In this document: positions 50,697 to 60,943 of the stretch, one piece after another
How the letters are laid out: the number at the start of each line of letters is the position of its first letter
How positions within the stretch are numbered: the stretch's first letter is position 1
Assembly: GCA_963700635.1 (NCBI GenBank)
Contig: CAVOYH010000004.1
Location: forward strand, 956,117 to 1,020,116
Direction: 5' to 3'
From: an uncultured Bacteroidota bacterium
GTDB lineage: Bacteria > Bacteroidota > Ignavibacteria > UBA10030 > UBA6906
DNA: 64,000 nucleotides
Program-made: the position numbers and the translations under genes
The notes under the pieces: generated by a model
Told to the model about the DNA's origin: nothing
Database searches by the model: none
Seen by the model: the letters and a program-made list of their open reading frames with translations, nothing else

Positions 50697-51932
50697 GTGA
50701 ACCTTCTCGCCACACGCCCCGGCCGGCGCCTGCTCTTTGGTGCCTTGTACCTCAGCGAAGGCGCTCCAATCGGTTTTATCTGGTGGGCCCTTCCCGCGAA
50801 GCTCCGCTCTGCGGGTGTCGGCTTGGACACGATCACGCAGCTTACAGCTCTCCTGGTGCTCCCCTGGGTGTTCAAATTTGTTTGGTCTCCGCTCATCGAC
50901 ACTCTGCGTACTCCACGATGGACCCTGCGCTCGTGGATTCTATCGATGCAAGCACTCATGGGATGCACCCTTCTCCCACTCCTCATCCTGGATCTCCAGA
51001 CTCATCTGCATGTCGTGTTTCTGTTTCTTCTGGTTCACGCTTTTGCAGCCGCGACTCAGGATACCGCCATTGACGCCCTTGCTATCTCGACAGTCCCGGC
51101 GTACGAACGTGGTTCGATTAATGGATGGATGCAGGTTGGAATGCTTACGGGAAGGTCTGCTCTGGGGGGAGGAGCGTTGATGCTCGAGCGGCTGGTTGGT
51201 CCGGATGTAGTGGTACTACTCCTTATTGCGGTTGTCTGGTCATCTTCACTTCTGCTTGTTCTTTCCCCCCGGGCGGAAGCCATAAGCCAGGACGGGAAGA
51301 ACATTGCCGATCGGGTCCGGATCGTTCTCCCCCGTTTGCGCGCCCTCGCCAGAAGCCGCGTCACATGGCTGGCGCTACTTTTTGCTGCAACTGCAGGCGC
51401 TGGATTCGAAGCGGTTGGGGCGGTCGCGGGACCATTTTTGATCGATAAAGGCCTCTCCCTGGAGGCTGTAGGCCAATTCTTTGCCCTTAACTCCGTTCTG
51501 GGGATGGCTTCCGGCGCTGTTGCAGGGGGTTATCTGACCGACCGGTGGGGCACACGAAAGACCGTCGCTGCGTTCCTTCTGATAATGTTCTTGTGTATTC
51601 TTGTGCTCGCAGGGGTCGAATCGACGAACGCCCCGGGAGACACAATCTCCGCGCAGGCCGCACTAACGGCCCTCTACTTCTGTATTGGTCTCTTCACCGC
51701 GGCAACGTACACATTGTTTATGCAGATCACCGACCCCGAGCTTGGCGCTACTCAATTCAGCGCGTTCATGGGCGCGACAAACGGGTGCGAGTCGTGGGCG
51801 ACGTTTGCAGTGGGTAAGGCCGTTCCCGCCATGGGGTATGCGCTGGCCTTCACACTCATGGGATTCGTCTCGATCCTGGCTCTCCCCCTCGTGCGAATCG
51901 TCACCACATCCCGGCGGGAAACCGCGCGCTGA
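50697..51932 (+). CDS. MFS transporter, AmpG/RhtX-like
   Basis: LYLSEGAP, PWVFKFVWSPLID, ATQDTAIDA and ATQFS; about 12 TM helices. Confidence 0.85.
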   Translation: MNLLATRPGRRLLFGALYLSEGAPIGFIWWALPAKLRSAGVGLDTITQLTALLVLPWVFKFVWSPLIDTLRTPRWTLRSWILSMQALMGCTLLPLLILDLQTHLHVVFLFLLVHAFAAATQDTAIDALAISTVPAYERGSINGWMQVGMLTGRSALGGGALMLERLVGPDVVVLLLIAVVWSSSLLLVLSPRAEAISQDGKNIADRVRIVLPRLRALARSRVTWLALLFAATAGAGFEAVGAVAGPFLIDKGLSLEAVGQFFALNSVLGMASGAVAGGYLTDRWGTRKTVAAFLLIMFLCILVLAGVESTNAPGDTISAQAALTALYFCIGLFTAATYTLFMQITDPELGATQFSAFMGATNGCESWATFAVGKAVPAMGYALAFTLMGFVSILALPLVRIVTTSRRETAR

Positions 51933-51958
51933 TTGCCGGGTTAGAAAGAGCCCGCGTG

Positions 51959-53281
51959 TTACAACCCGGATACAACCACATCTGTAAACACCAGGCTCGG
52001 CGTTCTCCAGGAAGAATACGACCACGGATCGCTGGCAACTTCTGAAAGTTTCTGCCAGAACTCAAGGTGGTTCCCCGCAATATTCATCTCGGCAATCGGC
52101 TGCACCGGGTTGCCGCCATCGAAGAGGTGGCCGAAGATTCCGATCGATGTGTCACCGGTCGTCGAGTTGGAATTCCCGCCAATAAATCCGGTGATGAGAA
52201 TACCCCGGCCAAGGTCCTTCATTATTTCCCCGATGGAGCGTTTCCCCGGAGGAATCACCAGGTTTGAGGTCCCTCCCGTCGTGGGCTCCCACCCGAGCTT
52301 CCTGCCGTAGTACCAGTCCGTGTAAAACTCGCTCAGCACTCCTGCATTGATCATTACCCTCTTCTTGAGCGCCAGCCCCTCACCGTCAAACAACCGGCTG
52401 CCCAGGCCTCCCACCACAAGCGGATCGTCAATGAGAGTCAGGTGCGTACTGGCGATCTTCATCCCCTTCTTGTCAGCGAGGAAGGACTGTTTCTGTTGAA
52501 TTCCCCTGGCATACATGGCACCGATAAGGCCACTCAGCATATTCGGGACATTTCTGTTTTCGATGATGACAGGCAGGGTCTCCGTTTTGATCTTCACTCC
52601 CCCCAGAAGGTCGAACGTACGCCTTGTGGCCTCCAGCCCGATCGCCTCAGGTGCAGGGAGCGCGTCTCTGACCACGCTGGTCACATAATGGTAGCCGTTC
52701 GGCCTTCTGCTCCCCTCATCCTGCAGGGTCATGGAGGCGCCGGCGTTGTAGTACGTGAGACTCCGTTCCCCTTCCAGTCCGTTGCTCGCCATGAGCACAA
52801 CGTCGTATCGACCGTCGGACACCTGCGCCGTGACAGACACCACCTTCGCACCACCCTGGCTGAGGCACGTCTCTTCGATAGCTTTTACCGTGTTATGTCG
52901 CGTCTCAGGCATCAGCGTCTCGTACGCGGAATCGAAGATGCCGAGGTCAACCTCAGCCCTGCCCTTGTAGAAGCGCGGATCCGGGAGGGTGCGGAACGGA
53001 TCCTCGGCGAGGAGTTTCGTGGTTGCGATGGCGTTTTCAATGAATGATTTTAGCGAATCCTTACGCAGGTCGGACGTACTCTGCGATGAGTATCGTTGAT
53101 TCGCAAATATCTCGATGGAGAGTCCGCGGGTGGCAGCCTCTTTGATGTTCTCAGGTTTCCGTTGTCTGTAACTGACATCCACAGAGCGTCCGCTCTGGAT
53201 GCTGACACGGCACTCATCGGCACCGGCAGACTTTGCGGTCTTCATTGCCCACCGTGCCAGGTCTGACAATTCAGTATTCAT
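51959..53281 (-). CDS. TldE/PmbA family protein
   Basis: GLGSRLFDGEG, GGNSNSTTGD and EMNIAGN. Lacks HExxH. Directly downstream of tldD. Confidence 0.88.
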   Translation of the reverse strand: MNTELSDLARWAMKTAKSAGADECRVSIQSGRSVDVSYRQRKPENIKEAATRGLSIEIFANQRYSSQSTSDLRKDSLKSFIENAIATTKLLAEDPFRTLPDPRFYKGRAEVDLGIFDSAYETLMPETRHNTVKAIEETCLSQGGAKVVSVTAQVSDGRYDVVLMASNGLEGERSLTYYNAGASMTLQDEGSRRPNGYHYVTSVVRDALPAPEAIGLEATRRTFDLLGGVKIKTETLPVIIENRNVPNMLSGLIGAMYARGIQQKQSFLADKKGMKIASTHLTLIDDPLVVGGLGSRLFDGEGLALKKRVMINAGVLSEFYTDWYYGRKLGWEPTTGGTSNLVIPPGKRSIGEIMKDLGRGILITGFIGGNSNSTTGDTSIGIFGHLFDGGNPVQPIAEMNIAGNHLEFWQKLSEVASDPWSYSSWRTPSLVFTDVVVSGL

Positions 53282-53297
53282 CGTTGTTCTCCGTTTT

Positions 53298-54830
53298 CTA
53301 TGCTTGTGTGCCGCCGACAGTCAGGGATTTTACCAGAATCGTGGGTTGCCCGAATCCGACGGGAACCCCTTGTCCGCCTTTCCCGCACATGCCGGCCCCT
53401 CCCCTGCTCATCTCAAGATCGTTGGCCACCATGGTCACGTTTCGCAGCATCTTCGGACCATTTCCCATGATGTTGACGTCCTTGATGGGCGCAGTGAGTT
53501 CACCGTTTTCAATCATCCGGCCCTGGGAAACATAAAACGCAAAATCTCCCTCGCCTATCTTGACCTGTCCGTTGCTCACATCCTGGACATAGATTCCTTT
53601 TGTCACGCTCTTGATGATGTCGCCAGGCGTGGCGGGTCCTTCCAGCATGTACGTATTCCGCATACGCGGTTGAACGTAGTGCTCATAACTCTGACGCCGC
53701 CCGCTTCCCGTCGAAGGAACCCCGTAGTGCTTTGCAGAGATTTTGTCATGCATGTAGCTGCTCAGGATTCCCTTCTCGACGAGCAGCGTTTTCTGTCCGG
53801 GGGTCCCCTCATCATCCACATTAAGAGATCCCGGCAGGCCGGGAATCGTTGCATCATCAATGATGGTCACAAACGGTTCAGCCACCTGTTTGCCAAGCAT
53901 GGTCGCATAAGTCGATATCTTTTTTCTGTTAAAATCGGCTTCCATCCCGTGCCCGATTGCTTCATGAAGCAGGATGCCTGTAAGCCCCGGGCCGAGTACC
54001 ACCGGTATCTCTCCTGCCGGCGGTTTTACCGCATCGAAGAGAATGACCGCCCGGTCGACGGCACTCTGTGCAACTTCATCTGCGATGTCCTGGGTATAGA
54101 AGGAAAAGTCCTTGCGTCCACCCAGATTCCAACCCGCCCTCTCCTTCCGGCCGTTTTTTTCAGCCACGACGCTCGTGAAGAGGAAACTTGAAGGGAGCAG
54201 ATCTTCCGCTTTCATCCCGTCACTCGACACGATCAGCATACGTTTCTGCACATCATTAAATCCCACACTCACCTTGATGACGAGGGGTGAAAGGGAAAAA
54301 CACCGGTCATTCACAGATTGGACGATCGGCAATTTCGCGGTAACAGGGATATCACTCAGGAGTGTCTTCAGAGGATAGTAGTTCTCCGTCTTCAACCGGA
54401 CGAACCTTCCGGCAGGAGTTGTGGCGTTGGATGATGCGATGGTCGCTGCTGTTGCGGCTGCAGCCAGCATTGAGCCTTCTGTAAGCTCCTGCGTATACCC
54501 GTAGCCTACCTGATCTCCTTTCACGGTCCTGATCCCCACACCGAGCGCAATATTGCCGTAGGCCCGGTTGACTTTCCCGTCCTCCAGGATGAGATAATTC
54601 GTGATGGTATGTTCAAAATAAAGATCGGCAAAATCGCCCCCCTTCCCGAGGGCTCTGGCAAGAACTTTCTGGCAGAGGGCATCGGTGACGCCGAAGCCTG
54701 TTTCAAAATATCCTACCGGCTCTTCCGAGGCGAATGCCGCCCAGTCCCGGGAGAGCGCAGGGATGATTGCAGCCCCGGCCACTGCCGTTGCGCCTGTCCT
54801 GAGAAAGGACCTTCGCGTTAAATGTTGCAT
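53298..54830 (-). CDS. tldD: TldD family metalloprotease with twin-arginine signal
   Basis: HEAIGHGMEAD, DDEG, PRMRNTY and CGKGGQGVPV. Start MQHLTRRSFL follows GGAGGA. Confidence 0.9.
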   Translation of the reverse strand: MQHLTRRSFLRTGATAVAGAAIIPALSRDWAAFASEEPVGYFETGFGVTDALCQKVLARALGKGGDFADLYFEHTITNYLILEDGKVNRAYGNIALGVGIRTVKGDQVGYGYTQELTEGSMLAAAATAATIASSNATTPAGRFVRLKTENYYPLKTLLSDIPVTAKLPIVQSVNDRCFSLSPLVIKVSVGFNDVQKRMLIVSSDGMKAEDLLPSSFLFTSVVAEKNGRKERAGWNLGGRKDFSFYTQDIADEVAQSAVDRAVILFDAVKPPAGEIPVVLGPGLTGILLHEAIGHGMEADFNRKKISTYATMLGKQVAEPFVTIIDDATIPGLPGSLNVDDEGTPGQKTLLVEKGILSSYMHDKISAKHYGVPSTGSGRRQSYEHYVQPRMRNTYMLEGPATPGDIIKSVTKGIYVQDVSNGQVKIGEGDFAFYVSQGRMIENGELTAPIKDVNIMGNGPKMLRNVTMVANDLEMSRGGAGMCGKGGQGVPVGFGQPTILVKSLTVGGTQA

Positions 54831-55005
54831 ACTTCCTCCTGATTGAAGGTTGAAACTGCCCATGATGGAGGGGTGTTCGAGCAAAAGCGAAAGGAACAGT
54901 GGAAAGCGTGTCGATAACACATTCGAGGATGGTGGAGGCGTGAATGCCTCCGGGGGTCCAAAACCTCCGGCCTGACTACTCAGGCCGCGGCTGACTTCCC
55001 GACAA

Positions 55006-55034
55006 AATATACTCAAGCGGAAGAGGATTGTCAA
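55006..55034 (-). promoter_or_regulatory. Sigma70 promoter of tldD-tldE
   Basis: TTGACA-N17-TATATT, close to consensus. Confidence 0.65.
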
Positions 55035-55207
55035 ACCGATGCGGAACAATCCGGGTCATCCTGTGGTTGTACTGGAATCGAGGGCGTTGCCGGATCTGCC
55101 AGACCCCGGGTCTCCCCTCCCCGGCACCCCCCGTCATTCGGCGGAGGTGGTCCGGAAAGAACGAACGACTCATTAACATCCCAATCCCAAACTTTGGAGG
55201 CACCGCA

Positions 55208-55648
55208 ATGAGATTTATGATGCTTATGATCCCCGGAGTTTACCAGGGTGTGGCTGGTGCGAATGTTGGGGCCGATTTTACACCAAGTACCGAAATGGTA
55301 GAAAAAATGACCAGGTATAACGAAGACCTCGCAAAGTCCGGAACGCTGATTTCGCTCGACGGTCTCCAACCACCGTCAAAAGGTGCGCATGTCAGGTTCT
55401 CTGGCGGGAAACCTCGAGTCGTTGATGGACCCGTGCCGGAATTGAAGGGGGTGGTCGGTGGTTACTGGATGATTCAGGTGAATTCAAAAGCAGAAGCGGT
55501 AGATTGGGCACGACGTTGCCCGGCCCAGGATGGAGACGTTATTGAGATCCGGCAGGTGTTCGAAATGTCAGACCTTCCGGAGGATACCCGTCAGGCCGCA
55601 GAGAGCTCCGTCGTAGAGGCGCAGATCGAAAAGCACAAGAATCGGTAG
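55208..55648 (+). CDS. YciI family (DGPF-type) protein
   Basis: MRFMMLM follows GGAGG; GLQPPSKG, VVDGP, GGYWMIQV, EAVDWARRCP and IEIRQV. Confidence 0.88.
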   Translation: MRFMMLMIPGVYQGVAGANVGADFTPSTEMVEKMTRYNEDLAKSGTLISLDGLQPPSKGAHVRFSGGKPRVVDGPVPELKGVVGGYWMIQVNSKAEAVDWARRCPAQDGDVIEIRQVFEMSDLPEDTRQAAESSVVEAQIEKHKNR

Positions 55649-55780
55649 GATTTTCATTCTCCGGCGGGAGCACAATGCAGAAGATCGCCCCTTGCGGAAG
55701 ATCACCCCTTTCGTGTGGAGATGATAATCCCGAGCAGCGATGGCTATAAAGCACGACCTCGATAGGCGTGCTCTGACACC

Positions 55781-56254
55781 TTACTTGGATTCGCGCCGAT
55801 TTCGCACGGTCGACCCTACCACCAGTGCCGCACCAATAAGAACAAGATTCTTGATGATATACTGTCCCTCAAGAGTAGGGGCATAGGGGAAATGGGAGAA
55901 GGTCTCCTGTGGAAAAAGGAGCAAAGGTGTCATTGCACCCAGCATCTGCGCAAACAGCAGGAAGAGTGTAAGCCGCAGGAACCATCCGGAGATCAGGCCG
56001 ATCCCGATGGCCACTTCCCAGGTCGCGAGGATTACCACCGAGATCTCCGGACTGAACATTCCATAGGTCAACTTTTCGATGGTCGCTGCCGCCAGCTCCT
56101 GCGCTGGACTCAAACCCGGAAAGAATTTTAGAATCCCAAACCAGAAGAACGTCAGGCCCAGACTTACACGGAGTATGGGGATCGAGTACCGGGCCATGAA
56201 GGCAGTAATCTGCGGATCGATACGGTCGAAAAGTGTTCTCAACGCCTTCATCAT
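55781..56254 (-). CDS. DoxX family membrane protein
   Basis: LRVSLGLTFFWFGILKFF and PTLEGQYIIKN. Confidence 0.82.
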   Translation of the reverse strand: MMKALRTLFDRIDPQITAFMARYSIPILRVSLGLTFFWFGILKFFPGLSPAQELAAATIEKLTYGMFSPEISVVILATWEVAIGIGLISGWFLRLTLFLLFAQMLGAMTPLLLFPQETFSHFPYAPTLEGQYIIKNLVLIGAALVVGSTVRNRRESK

Positions 56255-56505
56255 TATCAAACTCCCGTCCATCTGTTGTTCAAAAGGCCCCACGCTTCTG
56301 TAACGTCACCGCTGGGCAACGTCCAGGTTCCCTCTGCCCAATTCCCCTGCCCTAAGGTGCGGAAATCCTTTCAAACAAACCATGCTTCTCTGTGTTTGGC
56401 GTATCCTCTCCCGTTTCACGAAAAGACCAGAATGTGCGGGCCGGCCTTGCTGACAACGCCGAATCTTTGTATCCTTGACTATCACAATGGCGTAAAATCA
56501 GGGCA

Positions 56506-58380
56506 ATGCCAAAGAAATCCGAAGGCGTTTTAGTAACGGCGCACAGCATCTCGGTCTCCTTCTCAGAACAGACGGTGCTCGATGGTGCAACACTCAGCAT
56601 CCACCAGAATGACAAGGTGGGTTTGATCGGGAATAACGGGTGCGGCAAATCGACGTTGCTCAAGGTTATTGCAGGCGTGCTCCAACCCGATCGCGGAACA
56701 GTGTCACGGCGCAGGGACATTGTGGTCGGATATCTCTCCCAGGATCTTCAGCTCGATCCTTCAAAGTCCGTGTACGACAATATCGTCGACGGTGCGCACG
56801 ATGTCATCGACATCCTGCGAGAATATGAATCGCTCCCCTACACTTCTGAGAGACGCCATCTTCTGGAAGGGCACATTCAGCATCGCGACGGCTGGAACCT
56901 GGAAAACAGGATTGAAACTGCCATGCACTCGCTGAATGTTCCCGAAAAGCACCGGGACATTCTCACACTGTCCGGAGGTGAAAAACGGCGTGTTGCCCTT
57001 TGTAAGGCCATCATTGCGCGTCCGGATCTGCTCCTGCTTGACGAACCTACAAACCATCTGGATACGGAGTCCATTGAGTGGATTGAGGAGTTTCTCGAGA
57101 CGTATCCCTCGGCATGTCTCTTCGTTACGCACGACCGGTATTTCCTGGATTCGATAGCGAACAGAATCGTGGAACTGTCAAACGGGATGTGCAGCTCGCA
57201 CACCGGGAACTACAGCGATTTCCTGATTGACAAAGCAGAGCGCGAGGCACAGCTGGATACAGAGGAGAAGAAGCGTAACAGGTTTCTCCTTCGCGAGCTT
57301 GAGTGGGTGCGTAAAGGCCCGCGGGCCCGGCGGACGAAGTCCAAGAGCCGATTACAGAAATACTTTGACATGGTCAGCGAATCCACACCGGAGCGGGACA
57401 AAGAGGTGGAACTTGTCATTCCCCCGGCTGAACAGCTCGGCTCGACAGTCCTCGATTTTAAGAACCTTGGCGCGGACCGGGGCGGCCGGCAGTTGTTTGA
57501 TGGCCTTTCCCTCAATTTTACGCGAACCCGCAAGCTCGGTATCATCGGTCGTAACGGTCTGGGGAAGACGACGTTACTAAAAACCATCCTCGGGGAACTT
57601 CAACCCTCCCGCGGAACTGTTGTCACCGGCGAACGCACCCGGTTCAATTATCTTGACCAGGCCCGCACCACTCTGGATGACACGAAGACCGTTCTTGAAG
57701 AGATCGGCGAAGGGGTCGACTATCTGCAGTTTGGGGACGAGAGGGTCACTGTGTGGCGGTATTTACGGCGGTTCCTTTTCGCCGACGAGAGAATGAACAC
57801 GAAGGTCGGAAGTTTGTCCGGAGGAGAACGGAGCAGGCTCCTGCTTGCGAAAATCCTGAAGAACGGGGGCAATTTCCTGATTCTGGACGAACCCACAAAC
57901 GACCTGGATCTTGCCACTCTGCGCATCCTGGAAGAGGCCCTCGTTGCCTTTGACGGTTGCGTTATTGCCGTAAGTCATGATCGTTACTTCCTTAACCGGG
58001 TGTGCAACGGCATCCTTGCATTCGAAGGCGACGGAGTCGTTCATTTTAGCGAGGGCGACTATGACTACTATCTCGAAAAGCGAAAAACTCGATTCTTAAC
58101 ACTCTCCCCCACGCCTTCTCCACCCAAAAGTCCACCTCCCTCAAAACCCCGCGGAACTAAACTGACATGGAAGGAGGCGAAAGAGCTCGAAGTAATTGAA
58201 GAGGAGATTCTCAATACTGAATCGGAGGTGCAGAGGATCGAAACGCTCTTTTCGTCCCCAGATTTCTACGCAAACCATGGTGAAGAAACTGCACGCCTGA
58301 CTGACGACCTTGCGAAGGCAAAAACCGAGGTCGAAAGACTGTATGCAAGGTGGCATCATCTGGAGGGGCGACGGGGGTAG
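56506..58380 (+). CDS. ABC-F family ATPase (Uup-like)
   Basis: Two ABC domains (GNNGCGKST and GRNGLGKTT; LSGGE twice; LDEPTN twice), linker RELEWVRKGPRARRTKSKSR, and a C-terminal coiled coil. Confidence 0.93.
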   Translation: MPKKSEGVLVTAHSISVSFSEQTVLDGATLSIHQNDKVGLIGNNGCGKSTLLKVIAGVLQPDRGTVSRRRDIVVGYLSQDLQLDPSKSVYDNIVDGAHDVIDILREYESLPYTSERRHLLEGHIQHRDGWNLENRIETAMHSLNVPEKHRDILTLSGGEKRRVALCKAIIARPDLLLLDEPTNHLDTESIEWIEEFLETYPSACLFVTHDRYFLDSIANRIVELSNGMCSSHTGNYSDFLIDKAEREAQLDTEEKKRNRFLLRELEWVRKGPRARRTKSKSRLQKYFDMVSESTPERDKEVELVIPPAEQLGSTVLDFKNLGADRGGRQLFDGLSLNFTRTRKLGIIGRNGLGKTTLLKTILGELQPSRGTVVTGERTRFNYLDQARTTLDDTKTVLEEIGEGVDYLQFGDERVTVWRYLRRFLFADERMNTKVGSLSGGERSRLLLAKILKNGGNFLILDEPTNDLDLATLRILEEALVAFDGCVIAVSHDRYFLNRVCNGILAFEGDGVVHFSEGDYDYYLEKRKTRFLTLSPTPSPPKSPPPSKPRGTKLTWKEAKELEVIEEEILNTESEVQRIETLFSSPDFYANHGEETARLTDDLAKAKTEVERLYARWHHLEGRRG

Positions 58381-60095
58381 CCGTCCCGCGGAGCCATCGG
58401 CTTCCGGGGGATTTTTTCCTCATGTGTTGCCACACTATAGACGAAGAGGGAGAGAATGGAAGCAGCCTGCTTCATGTCTTCTTCCACAACCCGTTCGTAC
58501 AGGTCCATATTGTAGTGGTGTGTTCGGGACATGTAGTCCAGGGGATCCTGAATAAATTGAAATCCCGGCAAACCGACATCATCAAATGACGCATGATCTG
58601 TTCCGCCCGTATTCCGGAGTGTCAGTGTCTGGGCGCCTGGATCCCCGTAGGCCGCCAGCACACTTCTGAATATCGGCCGTGCTGCCTCGTTACCTTGAAG
58701 ATAGATACCCCGGATTCTCCCCGATCCGTTGTCGTGGTTAAAATACGCCGAGAGTTTTTCATAGGCAGGCAGTTTTATGATGGACGGACCAGATCCTCCA
58801 GGAGAGCTTCCGGCCGGTGGAGTGCTGTCACGCCTGGCAAAGACCTCCGCCACATAGTGACGCGAACCAATCAGCCCTTGCTCTTCGGCTCCCCACAATC
58901 CCATCCGGATGGTACGGCGCGGTTTTATCCCGTACTCATGTGACAGCTTCTGCAAAATACGCATTGCTTCCATGCAAGCTGCGGTACCGGTATTGTTGTC
59001 GGTTGCGCCTGTGCCGGAATGCCAGGTGTCAAAGTGGGCCCCAAGCATTACCACCTCGTCCTTCAAATCCGTCCCGGGGATCTCCGCGATAATATTGAAT
59101 CCAGAGTCCGCAGGAGTGAACGCTACACCGATATTCATCTTCACGCTTACTTTCTCCCCCTTGCGCAGCATCCTGATCATCCGGTTGTAATGCTCCGCGG
59201 CGACCACTACCTGGGGGACTGTCTCCGGGGCCTTCGCATCGTAAATTCCCAAACGTTGTGCACCGGCTTCATCTTCCGGGCGCGGAAGTGAAGCAGAGTG
59301 CACCAGAATGCTGCCCCCGTCTCCGGGTCCCGCAGTGAGGAGCGCGAGAGCGCCCTCGTTGAGTGCAAACCGGAGTTTCAGTGGAGCCATATACATGCCT
59401 GTCAACCGCTTACGCATTGTTGCGGTATCTGCATCAGGGAACATCGTTGCAGCCGCAGCCATCGCAGAATCGATGTTCTGTGCGTTCACCCTGTTGAACG
59501 CGCCGCGCCGACCTCCCCGGCGGGCCGTCTGGATGTCTGCATTTGCCATAAGCAACAACGTGGAATCAGCATGCCGTGCGGCACTACCTTCGAAGTGGGG
59601 CGACACATCGACCGGGTCGCTGGCGAGGATAAATTTTCCCTTGAGTTTTCCCCTGTATTTCTCAAGCCCCGCGGGATTCTCGGCATCAAGATAGACTACC
59701 TCCGCTTCCTTCACTTTCAGCCCTGGTGACCATGCCGCCGGAAATGCAATAAGAGGATATGGAACCGGAGTTGTGACCATGGCGGAAAAATCCTTGAGCG
59801 TCCATCCCTTGCCTTTGGGCGCCCAGGAGTTGTACGTGACATCCGAAATGCCCCATTCTCCCAGTTTCTGTACGACCCAGTCGGCGCCCCGCCGGTATTC
59901 CGGAGACCACGAAAGGCGCGGAGAATACACATCGCACAACGAACTCAGAATGTCCATTATCTGTGAGTTCGCAAGCCCCTCCTGCTTGATTTTTGCAACC
60001 ACTGCCGTGTCAACACGTTCGGCTTGTCCGAATGTGTACGCACACGTCACAGAAAGGAGCAGGGTTAGAGTCAGGTAGACTCGTGCGGATCGCAT
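58356..60095 (-). CDS. Exported M28 family peptidase
   Basis: Signal peptide, GAHFDTW, GATDN, WGAEEQG, NHDNG, GTDH and HH. Confidence 0.9.
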   Translation of the reverse strand: MRSARVYLTLTLLLSVTCAYTFGQAERVDTAVVAKIKQEGLANSQIMDILSSLCDVYSPRLSWSPEYRRGADWVVQKLGEWGISDVTYNSWAPKGKGWTLKDFSAMVTTPVPYPLIAFPAAWSPGLKVKEAEVVYLDAENPAGLEKYRGKLKGKFILASDPVDVSPHFEGSAARHADSTLLLMANADIQTARRGGRRGAFNRVNAQNIDSAMAAAATMFPDADTATMRKRLTGMYMAPLKLRFALNEGALALLTAGPGDGGSILVHSASLPRPEDEAGAQRLGIYDAKAPETVPQVVVAAEHYNRMIRMLRKGEKVSVKMNIGVAFTPADSGFNIIAEIPGTDLKDEVVMLGAHFDTWHSGTGATDNNTGTAACMEAMRILQKLSHEYGIKPRRTIRMGLWGAEEQGLIGSRHYVAEVFARRDSTPPAGSSPGGSGPSIIKLPAYEKLSAYFNHDNGSGRIRGIYLQGNEAARPIFRSVLAAYGDPGAQTLTLRNTGGTDHASFDDVGLPGFQFIQDPLDYMSRTHHYNMDLYERVVEEDMKQAASILSLFVYSVATHEEKIPRKPMAPRDGYPRRPSR

Positions 60096-60228
60096 GATGT
60101 GTATTCCTTCCTGGGATCGAGTTGTAGAGATTCAATTTCTGAGAAACAACAGGAGAGCAACGTGTGCCGGCTCATACCTGGAAGAAGCCCTCGGGGTTTG
60201 AGCCCTTCGGTATTTCCTGCACTTGTGT

Positions 60229-60658
60229 CAGTCCACCCTTTCAGGATTCTCACCCGTTCGTCCCACAGCCCGAGGTGGGTGAAGTTCCCCTGAACTTGTT
60301 CCACAGACACCTTCACTGACTGATCATCGAGAGATCCTAGTCCGAGCTCGTCCGATCCTCATCCAGGGTAGGCACGGGCAAACCCTCGAATGAGTCAGCA
60401 AGCCAGAGTGTACGATCAATCAGGCCCAGGTGATCCGCGACTGCCTTCATAAAGATAACAGCTCCTCCAGTCCCTGTCTCCGCGCCATGGTGAGGATTGC
60501 TCGCTTCAGCCAGGAGCGCATTGCACGGACCGGGTGGAAAAGGTTATAATCCGCGGCTACCGGCATCCGTGCATACTGCCAAAAACTCTCAGGGTACATT
60601 GAGCCTGTCAGGCAGCTTTGAGCAGGCGAAGGTAGTTGGGGTCCTTGGTATCAGGCAT
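60229..60658 (-). pseudogene. TylF/MycF (macrocin O-methyltransferase) family remnant
   Basis: Fragments across frames: MPDTKDPNYLRLLKAA-LTGSMYPE...; GGAVIFMKAVADHLGLIDRTLWLADSFEGLP...*; VSVEQVQGNFTHLGLWDERVRILKGW. The central part and the C-terminus are missing. Confidence 0.7.
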
Positions 60659-60943
60659 GATCCACCGTTTGTGAGCATCGGAATTACATTTTGCAGGGAC
60701 AAAGTAGTCGGTTTTTTTATCAACAGCAACATACCGTTTCACCTACCCTACCGGGGTTCGTTCATTTTTCAAGATGTACCGGGGGAGCGGTGTTTGTCCG
60801 GGAGGCGAGGCGTGCGATCACCATGCATACCTGCGCCCGACGTTGCAATTGTCTGCGAGGCGTTTATCTTATAAGAGTAGCCTTTCTCTCTCTGACGCTT
60901 TGACTGAGTGATCTGGAAGAGGATGATGAAGGCGTTTGTGCGG

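Noticed and set aside
54831-55049. N-terminal extension of TldD in the ORF track
   Set aside because: It overlaps the promoter and leader. A GGAGGA RBS and the Tat signal mark ATG 54830.
58356-58380. Convergent 3' overlaps (ABC-F/M28 25 nt; also plsC/trxA 17 nt)
   Set aside because: Short tail-to-tail overlaps are common in compact genomes, and nothing else here suggests a function.
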